Source: Archaeoglobi archaeon JdFR-42 (GTDB lineage Archaea > Halobacteriota > Archaeoglobi > Archaeoglobales > JdFR-42). Taken from it: a DNA stretch of 64,000 nucleotides. How positions within the stretch are numbered: the first letter of the stretch is position 1; each line of letters begins with the position of its first letter. Shown piece by piece: positions 9,410 through 17,576 of the stretch. The translations under genes were made by a program, and so were the position numbers. The stretch lies in assembly GCA_002010305.1 (NCBI GenBank), contig MTND01000009.1, positions 18,805 through 82,804 on the forward strand. Reading direction: 5' to 3'. The notes beneath the pieces were generated by a model. The model was not told where the DNA came from. It worked only from the letters and a program-made list of their open reading frames with translations, and searched no databases.

Positions 9410-10586
9410 ATGAACGGCAACCGTTAAAGGGTATCTGGATTATACGGCAGGATGTCCTGTCGATAAAAGGGTTATTGAAGCTATGATGCCCTATTTAACA
9501 GAGAGAATTGGTAACCCTTCTTCTCTCCATTCTCCTGGTCTTGAAGCAAGAAAAGCTCTTGATGAATCCAGAGAAAGGATTTCGAAATTTATTAATGGGG
9601 ATGGTGGTGATATTATATTTACCTCGGGTGCCACGGAATCCAACAATATTGCTATAATCGGAACGGCCATGCGAAATTCAGGTAAAGGGAAACACATCAT
9701 CACCTCCTCTATAGAACACATGTCAGTGATTAACCCCTGCAAATACCTTCAGAAACAGGGATTTGAAATAACATACCTCCCTGTAGACAGAAACGGTAGG
9801 GTAGACCCGGACATTGTAGAACAGGAGATACGAGAGGATACCATACTCATCTCCATTCAACATGCCAACGGAGAAATTGGCACCATTCAGCCTATAGAAA
9901 AAATAGGTAAGATTGCATCAGAGAGAGATGTTTATTTTCACATAGATGCTGTGGCATCCCTCGGAAAAATCGAAGTAGATGTGAAGAGAGCTAATGTTGA
10001 TCTCCTTACCATTTCTTCCAACGATATTTATGGACCAAGAGGTGTAGGGGGATTATACATCCGGAAAGGTGTTAAAATTCAACCCGTAATGTTTGGCGGA
10101 GGGCAGGAACAGGGTCTGAGAAGTGGAACCGAGAACGTTGCAGGAATAGTCGGGTTTGGAATTGCTGCAGAGATTATGAGAAAGGAGTACAAGGGTGAAG
10201 CTGAAAGACAGGCCAGATTACGGGATAAACTTATTGCAGGAATACTTGAGAACATAGAAGAGTCGTACCTGAATGGGCATCCAACTGAACGATTGCCCAA
10301 TAACGCAAATCTAAGATTTAGCTATATAGAGGGAGAATCTCTCATACTGAACCTGGATATGGAAGGGATCTATGCATCAACTGGCTCTGCTTGTTCATCC
10401 AAAACTCTTCAACCAAGCCATGTCCTGATGGCCATTGGTCTGAAACACGAGGAGGCCCACGGTTCTCTTCTATTCACACTGGGGAGAGGGACCACAGAGG
10501 CCCAAATTGATCATGTTATGGAAGTTTTACCAAAAGTAGTGGAAAAACTGAGGGAGATTTCTCCCCTGTATAAAAAGGAGAGGTAA
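9410..10586 (+). CDS. NifS/IscS-like class V aminotransferase-fold protein; 5' frame break and no PLP-binding lysine
   Basis: The ORF 9483..10586 has NifS motifs ([25 protein letters not shown]). The conserved N-terminal [24 protein letters not shown] is encoded in the same frame from 9426, but an in-frame TGA lies at 9411-9413. The only SD-preceded ATG (GGTGGTGAT-ATG at 9410) is in the -1 frame and stops after 5 codons. The usual SGHK PLP site reads SSND. Confidence 0.8.
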
Positions 10587-10588
10587 AC

Positions 10589-11053
10589 ATGTATAGTGAG
10601 AAAGTGATGGAGCATTTTCGGAATCCGAGAAATGTTGGTGAGATCGAGAACCCCGATGGTGTTGGTACGGTGGGAAATCCTGTATGCGGTGATTTGATGA
10701 CAATCACCATAAAGGTAAACGGAGATGTTATCGAGGATGTGAAATTTAAAACATTTGGATGTGGAGCTGCCATAGCCACCAGCTCCATGGTGACAGAGCT
10801 GGCAAAAGGGAAGACCCTTGAAGAGGCTGTGAAAATCAGTAAACAAACGGTTGCTGAGGCTCTTGGAGGATTACCACCCCAGAAAATGCATTGCTCCAAC
10901 CTTGCCGCTGATGGATTGAGACGTGCAATTGTAGACTACCTTAAAAAGAGGGGGGAGATGGATCGAATAAAAGAGTTAGGCCTTGAAAGAGATCTTGAAA
11001 AGATGGAGAAAGGAGAAGAAGATGACGAACACGAAGAAACGTGTGAAACATAG
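10589..11053 (+). CDS. iscU: Fe-S cluster scaffold protein IscU/NifU-like
   Basis: NPVCGD, GCGAAIA and HCSNLA cluster-ligand motifs, with an acidic C-terminal extension. Confidence 0.9.
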   Translation: MYSEKVMEHFRNPRNVGEIENPDGVGTVGNPVCGDLMTITIKVNGDVIEDVKFKTFGCGAAIATSSMVTELAKGKTLEEAVKISKQTVAEALGGLPPQKMHCSNLAADGLRRAIVDYLKKRGEMDRIKELGLERDLEKMEKGEEDDEHEETCET

Positions 11054-11062
11054 AGCGCAAGG

Positions 11063-11073
11063 TTTCTTTTTTT
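11063..11073 (+). terminator. oligo-T tract downstream of iscU
   Basis: TTTCTTTTTTT begins 10 nt after the TAG stop, in a convergent intergenic region. Confidence 0.4.
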
Positions 11074-11212
11074 ATTCTAAACATATCTTCCCTAATCCAT
11101 TAGAGTTATCCAACTGAAAACGATTTCAAGGGGGTTGTTAAGTTCTGGAATAGTTGCATCCGGTAATAATTCCAAAAGTAAAACATCTAAAATAACTTTC
11201 AAAACAATATCA

Positions 11213-12229
11213 TCATGGATAAAGGACAACTTTCAAAGAGTCATTTCCCCTAGATGCCAGTTCAAATCCTTTTTTTGCTTCTGTCAGGGGCAGACGATGA
11301 GTTATCAAATCTTCCACCTCTATTCTCCTCGAACGAATCATTTTTAAGGCGATCTCTATGTCCTGGGGACTGCCCCCATACGATGTTGTAATAGTTATCT
11401 CATTCCTCCAGAGTTCCCACACTTCCACAGGAAGAGTCTCTCCAGCCTCCAGAGGGGCAAAGAACAGTACACTTCCTCCTCTATCCACAGAATGAAAAGC
11501 AGTTTTCATGGCAGAGTAGACTGGAGCTGTGACTATCACAACGTCTGCACCACACCCAATTACCTCCTTTATTTTCTCAGGCACATTATCTGTTGCCTTA
11601 AAAGCATAGTCTGCCCCCATTTTTCCCGCCATTTTAAGCTTAAAATCACTTATATCCACAGCTATAACTTCCTCAGCACCTACAGCTTTTGCGTATTTAA
11701 TATGAAGTATGCCTGAAACACCACTTCCTATTACCAGAACTGTGTCACCAGGAGAGACTCTCACATGCCTCTGTCCCCTGACAACACAAGCGAGAGGTTC
11801 TATGAAGATTCCCTGATCATAGGAAACCTCAGGGGGGAGGAGGAACACTCCTCTATCAACGTTAATAGGAGGTATTTTTACATACTCAGCAAAACCTCCC
11901 GGATAGTAATTAGTAGATCTCAAAGTGTCGCAGACGGTATGATGTCCTTTGAGACACCACTTACAGGTATTGCATGGGACATGATGTGAAACGAAAATCC
12001 TATCTCCTTCCACATAATTCTCCACATTTTCTCCCACTTCCACCACTTTTCCTGTCATCTCATGTCCCAGTACTCTTGGAGCTGTCTTTACCCTGTACCA
12101 CTCCATAACGTCACTACCACAGATTCCGCATGCTTTAACTTCTACCAAAAGTTCCTCTGGACCTATCTCAGGTTTTTCCATTTCGATTATTTTTATATTA
12201 TTATTAGAGTAATAGAGGGCCGCTTTCAA
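11213..12229 (-). CDS. zinc-dependent alcohol / polyol / threonine dehydrogenase family protein
   Basis: CGICGSD and GHEMTGKVVEVG zinc motifs and the GSGVSG Rossmann motif. 338 aa. Confidence 0.8.
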   Translation of the reverse strand: MKAALYYSNNNIKIIEMEKPEIGPEELLVEVKACGICGSDVMEWYRVKTAPRVLGHEMTGKVVEVGENVENYVEGDRIFVSHHVPCNTCKWCLKGHHTVCDTLRSTNYYPGGFAEYVKIPPINVDRGVFLLPPEVSYDQGIFIEPLACVVRGQRHVRVSPGDTVLVIGSGVSGILHIKYAKAVGAEEVIAVDISDFKLKMAGKMGADYAFKATDNVPEKIKEVIGCGADVVIVTAPVYSAMKTAFHSVDRGGSVLFFAPLEAGETLPVEVWELWRNEITITTSYGGSPQDIEIALKMIRSRRIEVEDLITHRLPLTEAKKGFELASRGNDSLKVVLYP

Positions 12230-13023
12230 CTGCCCTCCTCCTTCTTTTTTTCCTCCAAGAAAAGTTGGTAGGCTTCGTCAGCGGTGAAGTTATCGTGAAC
12301 GACTGCTCTAACCGCTTTTATCATGGCAACAGGAGATTCAGACTGGAAGATATTTCTTCCCATATCTACTCCCACTGCTCCAGCCTGAATGGCATTATAT
12401 GTCATCTCAAGAGCATCTTTCTCCGGGATTTTCTTTCCACCTGCTATTACAACAGGAACGGGACAGGTCTCAACTACCTTTTCAAATTCCTCACAGTAGT
12501 AAGTCTTAACGATTCTAGCCCCTAATTCAGCAGCCATACGAGAAGCCAGGCTGAGATACTTTGCATCCTTGGTCATTTCTCTACCAACGGCAGTTACAGC
12601 TACAACCGGGATGCCATACCGCTCTGCCTCATCCACTACCTGTGTAAAGGCCAGAATGGTGTCTCTTTCAAATTCTGCTCCAACAAGTATAGAAAAGGCC
12701 ACTCCTACAGCATTTAACCTTATAGCTTCCTCCATAGACGTGATTATTCCTTCATGGAGGAGATTTTTATTGAGAATACTTGTTCCCCCGGAAACTCTAA
12801 GAACTATAGGAATATCGCTCTCAGGAGGAATGTAATACCTCAACGCTCCTCTGGTTAACATGAGAGTATCTGCATAGGGGAGAAGAGGTATCACCGTTTT
12901 TCCTAAATTCTCAAGCCCAGTGGTGGGCCCCAAGAAATATCCATGATCCACTGCCAGCATAACAGTTTTACCATCTTCAGGACATATTATTTTCGATAAT
13001 CTATTTCGCATACCCCAGCCCAT
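12226..13023 (-). CDS. DhnA-type class I aldolase (fructose-bisphosphate aldolase / ADH-synthase family paralogue 1)
   Basis: LAVDHG..., VKTYY and IAGG motifs shared with the second paralogue at 33853..34653. GGAGGTG lies 7 nt before the ATG. There is a 4-nt overlap with the downstream ADH gene. Confidence 0.75.
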   Translation of the reverse strand: MGWGMRNRLSKIICPEDGKTVMLAVDHGYFLGPTTGLENLGKTVIPLLPYADTLMLTRGALRYYIPPESDIPIVLRVSGGTSILNKNLLHEGIITSMEEAIRLNAVGVAFSILVGAEFERDTILAFTQVVDEAERYGIPVVAVTAVGREMTKDAKYLSLASRMAAELGARIVKTYYCEEFEKVVETCPVPVVIAGGKKIPEKDALEMTYNAIQAGAVGVDMGRNIFQSESPVAMIKAVRAVVHDNFTADEAYQLFLEEKKKEEGS

Positions 13024-13482
13024 AAGAACACCTCCTTTGAAATCACTCGTGAGAATGTATTACAACAGGATATAAAGGTTTTCACTTCACTGACGAGATT
13101 TCTTTATTTTTACCCAGTCCTTTAAACCATCCATCAACACATAATTTTAGCTTTATGGAAATGCTATAATTCCTCAAAAACCAAATAAAAGATTACGGCC
13201 CTTTCCAGTGTATGAAATTGCTAGGTAAGTTAACGGCGACTGTCTCTTCTAAAGCCCATGGATAACATTGCAATGAGTCTTTTAGAGTAATTTTAAATAT
13301 CACTTGGATAGTTTATTATCTATAATCAAAATAAAATAAAACAATTAAAACAGTATTCTGATTTCCAATATAACCAGTAAACATCGAATTATACCATTCG
13401 TAGGATTTCCGACTCCCTTTACAAGGTTATCAAAAAATACTGGTAGATAAACTTTAAATAATCATCATCCTTTCATATAACC

Positions 13483-14508
13483 ATGTTCAATACCTTTTTG
13501 CTGTACCATGAAGATTTCCTCAAACATGATACTGGATTGCACCCAGAAAACAGAGATAGGCTCACAAGCATTATGGGATATCTAAAATCAGAGGAGTTTC
13601 TAGATGATTTCGAACTGATAAGACCCAATCCTGCACGACTGGACTGGATCAAGAGGATACACGAAGAAGAGTATATCTCGTATGTTGAAACACTGTGTTC
13701 TTCTGGAGGAGGGTACCTTGACATGGACACTCCTGTTTCAGCTGAGTCATATAAAGCTGCTCTTCTGGCTGCTGGAGCAATCTTGAAAGGTATTGACCTA
13801 ACATTTCAGCATAAAAGACCAGCTTTTGCTCTGGTTCGTCCTCCAGGACATCATGCAGAGAGATCAAGAGGTATGGGATTCTGCCTTTTCAATAATGTAG
13901 CCATTGGAGCTAGATATGCTCTCGAAGAGTACTGCAAGAGCGTGGCCATAGTAGACTGGGATGTGCACCATGGTAATGGAACTCAAGAGGTTTTTTACAG
14001 CTCAAATCAGGTGTTATTCATCTCAATTCACCAGAGTCCATTATATCCCGGAACGGGTAACTATACAGAGATAGGTAGTGGAGAGGGAAAGGGATATACT
14101 ATAAATATCCCTGTACCACCTGGAACAGGTGATTCAGGTTGTATCCAGGCCTTTAACGAGATTATCACACCAATACTACATGAATTCAGACCAGAACTGA
14201 TTCTAATTTCTTCTGGTTTTGACGGTCATAATGACGACATGTTGGGTGGACTAACACTCTCTTGCAATGTTTACCACACTATGGCGTCTGCCCTTTTTAA
14301 GATAGCTGAGAAGTACTCAGGAGGAAGGATTGTTGCTACTCTTGAAGGAGGGTATGATCTGACAGCAATTCCAAAATGCTTCATCAATACAATTTGTGGA
14401 ATAGAAAAAAAAGAGCCCTATGTGGTTGAAAATCATAAAGATGGTAGAGAAATTTATGACAGACTGAGAAACCTCAAGAGCTTTTTTAATAGATTGTGGA
14501 ACATCTAA
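13483..14508 (+). CDS. histone deacetylase / acetoin-utilisation (AcuC) / acetylpolyamine amidohydrolase family protein
   Basis: RPPGHHA, DWDVHHGNGTQ and EGGY motifs. Confidence 0.85.
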   Translation: MFNTFLLYHEDFLKHDTGLHPENRDRLTSIMGYLKSEEFLDDFELIRPNPARLDWIKRIHEEEYISYVETLCSSGGGYLDMDTPVSAESYKAALLAAGAILKGIDLTFQHKRPAFALVRPPGHHAERSRGMGFCLFNNVAIGARYALEEYCKSVAIVDWDVHHGNGTQEVFYSSNQVLFISIHQSPLYPGTGNYTEIGSGEGKGYTINIPVPPGTGDSGCIQAFNEIITPILHEFRPELILISSGFDGHNDDMLGGLTLSCNVYHTMASALFKIAEKYSGGRIVATLEGGYDLTAIPKCFINTICGIEKKEPYVVENHKDGREIYDRLRNLKSFFNRLWNI

Positions 14509-14516
14509 TTATCTGA

Positions 14517-15065
14517 TTAGCGAATGGCAGGTATGTCCTTTACATACCCGTCCAGCATATACTTACAGTCTTCACAAAACAGATAGGATTTAGTATCTGT
14601 ATCCTCAATATTTTTAGAAAAATACATCACGCATCTCCTTAAATTGCAGTGTTTCAACCCCAGTGTATGACCCATCTCATGGACAGCTTCTTTCAACACC
14701 CTGCTCAAAACTAGACCTGTATCCTTTCTATCGTTCCCGTTATTTTTTAACCTGTAGATTGATACGATGGCTGCTTTTCCATGAAGTTCTGCCTGTCCAA
14801 ATATGAAACTCGCTTTATCGGCATATATGTCTACATCTGTTACTCCCAAAATCTTGTCAAATCCATTCATTACTGCCTCTTTTTTACAGAGTCTCAGCAA
14901 GGATGAGGAGCGAAACTGGTTTCTTACAGGATTAAAAGCTTCAGAAGGGATCTCAATTGCTCCTTCCATCCTGAACTCAATAGAATATATTTCTCTTAAA
15001 CGTTTGTTCAAAAAATTAAGAATAGACTGAGGAACGTCCCCAATAGAGATGATTCCAACCTGCAT
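14517..15065 (-). CDS. amzA: archaemetzincin
   Basis: HEMGHTLGLKHC zinc motif plus the C-terminal CEDC pair. 182 aa. Confidence 0.85.
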   Translation of the reverse strand: MQVGIISIGDVPQSILNFLNKRLREIYSIEFRMEGAIEIPSEAFNPVRNQFRSSSLLRLCKKEAVMNGFDKILGVTDVDIYADKASFIFGQAELHGKAAIVSIYRLKNNGNDRKDTGLVLSRVLKEAVHEMGHTLGLKHCNLRRCVMYFSKNIEDTDTKSYLFCEDCKYMLDGYVKDIPAIR

Positions 15066-15188
15066 TGGATGGAAATCAAGAAAGAGATTATTTAAACCTT
15101 TTGGAATAGAATGTCCCCAGTCTGTTAAAAAGCTTACTGCCTGTCCTTTCCTTGAAGAGGATTGAACGATTTATAAAAAAATAGACCT

Positions 15189-15395
15189 TTATCCAGCTTC
15201 TTTTTTCCCTTCTTCTGTAAGGGTCCATTTACCTTTTTCTGGAGACTCCAGCAATCCTTTTTTCCTAAGAGGAGCAACTCTGCAAGAGATCTTGGAGGTT
15301 TTCACTCCAATTTTTTCTGCAATCTCTTTAGTGGATGCTGGTCTCCCGATCTCCTTTAAGGCCTTCAATATTTCCTTATTCAGATCCTGTGTCAT
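15189..15395 (-). CDS. small winged-helix DNA-binding protein
   Basis: 68 aa. ILKALKEIGRPASTKEIAEKIGVKTSKISCRVAPLRKKGLLE fits a wHTH pattern. GGTGGT SD lies 4 nt upstream. Confidence 0.6.
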   Translation of the reverse strand: MTQDLNKEILKALKEIGRPASTKEIAEKIGVKTSKISCRVAPLRKKGLLESPEKGKWTLTEEGKKEAG

Positions 15396-15424
15396 ACTAC
15401 CACCGGTGTTAATTTATACTTTAT

Positions 15425-15464
15425 TGTAAAGCTTTGCTTTACAATTTGTTAATTTACATTAACA
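15425..15464. promoter_or_regulatory. composite double palindrome: TGTAAAGCTTTGCTTTACA + ATT + TGTTAATTTACATTAACA
   Basis: Read directly. Same 19 + 3 + 18 nt architecture as 1604..1643. It lies 30-70 nt upstream of the wHTH gene start (15395). Confidence 0.65.
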
Positions 15465-15500
15465 ATATCATAAAAATACTTTTCGATTATAAGGTATAGT

Positions 15501-16109
15501 TTATACATCAGAACTTTTATCTTCCAAACTTCTATATGTATCCACTGCTCCTTTAAATCTGTTAAGGGTCTTTCTAAGGCTCTTGAACCCTTCTTCATCA
15601 TCCCTCACACCTTGAAGGGTGTCCTTTGACCAGAAAGTAGCACCGAGATTAGCCCCAAAAGCTCCTCCTCCTACGAAAACAACACCATTGATGGTATAGA
15701 AAGTGACTATCTGGAGGATGGCCAGTTCCTGGCCCCCAATTCGATCTCCTCCAACAGCTATGGCCATACCAGCTTTACCGGCGAACACATCTGGATTAAC
15801 AGCCACCATAGCTCTTGTTCGATCTATCACTGCTTTGAGCTGGGCACTGCAACCCCCATTATATACGGGTGTGGCCATTATAATTCCATCTGCTTTCTTA
15901 AAGAGACCATAAAGTTCCTCCATATCATCAGTAAATCTGCACTTTCCATGTTTTAAACAATAATCACAATGGATACAGTAATTGATTTCCTTTCCTCTTA
16001 CTGAAAACATAGATGTTGTATAACTATCTTCTTCCAGATGTTCAAGAGCCCTCTCTAGCACGTATTCAGTGGCACCCTTTCTGGGACTTCCACTTACACC
16101 CACTATCAT
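15501..16109 (-). CDS. iron-sulfur flavoprotein (NADPH-dependent FMN reductase fold, Isf-like)
   Basis: MIVGVSGSPRKG flavodoxin-like start and a compact Cys cluster CIHCDYCLKHGKC. Confidence 0.75.
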   Translation of the reverse strand: MIVGVSGSPRKGATEYVLERALEHLEEDSYTTSMFSVRGKEINYCIHCDYCLKHGKCRFTDDMEELYGLFKKADGIIMATPVYNGGCSAQLKAVIDRTRAMVAVNPDVFAGKAGMAIAVGGDRIGGQELAILQIVTFYTINGVVFVGGGAFGANLGATFWSKDTLQGVRDDEEGFKSLRKTLNRFKGAVDTYRSLEDKSSDV

Positions 16110-16157
16110 ATGAATAACTGTGGAATCATATGTATTAAAACCACCGTATGGAATAAT

Positions 16158-16176
16158 TGTAAAGCTTCGCTTTACA
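16158..16176. promoter_or_regulatory. 19-bp palindrome TGTAAAGCTTCGCTTTACA
   Basis: Perfect 8-bp inverted repeat with a 3-nt spacer, 49-67 nt upstream of the Isf-like start (16109). 17 nt are identical to the copy at 23389..23407. Confidence 0.6.
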
Positions 16177-16208
16177 AAGATAGAAGAAAGATTATCTCAA
16201 AATGACAT

Positions 16209-17066
16209 TCAGATCTCAGACTCTCTCATGGCAATGATATCATGAACAAATCTTGCTGCAAGGACTGAAGTTACACCCGTATCATAAGCTGGCACTACTT
16301 CTACCACATCCATCCCCAAAGATCTTTTGGCGATCTCTCTTAGGATTTCTCTCACATCCCATGGAGTCAAACCAAAAGGTTCTGGAGTTGAAACTCCAGG
16401 AGCATAAGAAGGGTCCAAGGCATCCATGTCCATAGAGATGTAAATCCTATCATAGCTTCTGAGAAGGTCAATCACCTCTCCACACCCAGTTTTCCGTATT
16501 CTAGTGCTAGTAAAATAGGTGATTCCATCCGTCCTATCGGCTAGAGCCTTTTCTTCTCTGGTCCCGCTTCTTACACCAACAAGAATGATCTCTTTGATTT
16601 TCCCATTCTCCATCATATCGAGAAGTCGTTTAGTGACACAAGCATGGCTGAATCTGGTTCCATCAAATTCATTTCTGAGATCGAAGTGAGCATCGAAAAT
16701 TAACACACTTGCATTATTTAACTTCCCAGTGGTCCCTATGGAGATGCTGTGATCTCCTCCAAGGACAATGGGAAATTTTTCCTCATTCAACCACTTTAAT
16801 ATAACATCACTCAAATGAGAAAGAATATTTTTTAGAGATCCTTCAACGGCTAGGTCTCCACAATCATGTATAGGTACTTCCGACAAACTCAGCTCAAACT
16901 CAAGTGAATAACTTTCAAGGTTCCAACTGGCTTCTCTGATTCTGGAGGGGGCAAATCGTGAACCCGGCCTGAAGGACTGAGTTATATCAACGGGAACTCC
17001 CATTACAACATATCGAGCTTCTGAAAAAGATGATGTTGCATCAGCAAATTCAGTCCCGATATACAT
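16209..17066 (-). CDS. speB: agmatinase (ureohydrolase family)
   Basis: GGDHSIS, DAHFD and SMDMDALDP Mn-binding motifs. Located next to aIF5A. Confidence 0.85.
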   Translation of the reverse strand: MYIGTEFADATSSFSEARYVVMGVPVDITQSFRPGSRFAPSRIREASWNLESYSLEFELSLSEVPIHDCGDLAVEGSLKNILSHLSDVILKWLNEEKFPIVLGGDHSISIGTTGKLNNASVLIFDAHFDLRNEFDGTRFSHACVTKRLLDMMENGKIKEIILVGVRSGTREEKALADRTDGITYFTSTRIRKTGCGEVIDLLRSYDRIYISMDMDALDPSYAPGVSTPEPFGLTPWDVREILREIAKRSLGMDVVEVVPAYDTGVTSVLAARFVHDIIAMRESEI

Positions 17067-17069
17067 GAC

Positions 17070-17453
17070 TTACCTGGGAATCAGTTTTCTTCTACCCATA
17101 CTCTCAATGTAGACGACTTCTTCTCCTATAGCTACTTTCTCTTTCATCTCGTCTGGAATTGTCAGCTCGAAGGTACTGTAATCCCCCAAATCCATAAGCT
17201 GAGCCACATCTCCAGAAATCGATATCACCTGAGCAGTTTTCCTTTCTACAATCGGTACATATATCTTTGCAGTAACAGGTTCTATCAAAGATCTTTTCTG
17301 ACCATCGAAGATTCCAACCGCATCAATTCTGGCTTTTGCTGAGCCATGTTTCCCAGGTTTTGAAACAGAAATACTGATTATGGTACACGGTTCGTCTCCA
17401 ACCAGCACATACCTTCCCTCTTTAAGATTCCTAACTTCTGTTTGTTCTTTCAT
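17070..17453 (-). CDS. eif5a: translation initiation factor 5A
   Basis: The SKPGKHGSAKARI hypusine loop. The start at 17453 gives a typical ~127-aa protein. The ORF-track start at 17504 is also possible. Confidence 0.9.
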   Translation of the reverse strand: MKEQTEVRNLKEGRYVLVGDEPCTIISISVSKPGKHGSAKARIDAVGIFDGQKRSLIEPVTAKIYVPIVERKTAQVISISGDVAQLMDLGDYSTFELTIPDEMKEKVAIGEEVVYIESMGRRKLIPR

Positions 17454-17576
17454 GGTCTCGTCCAAACAGTTGGTGACTGGTAATTTAAAATTTTCGATTA
17501 CCATGCAGAAAACAATGCCAGTAAACCATTCTGAATGGATATGGAAATAGATAACTATTGAGGACTTAAAACAACA

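Noticed and set aside
11135-11347. 70-aa plus-strand ORF overlapping the 3' end of the Zn-ADH gene
   Set aside because: It overlaps a well-supported gene on the other strand, has no SD, and is low complexity.
13205-13222. TTCCAGTGTATGAAA resembling an archaeal ORB/mini-ORB origin box; CACTGGAA also occurs at 21749
   Set aside because: These are single 8-mer core matches, and one or two are expected by chance in 128 kb of two-strand sequence. No orc1/cdc6 gene, no inverted ORB pair and no flanked DUE are present.
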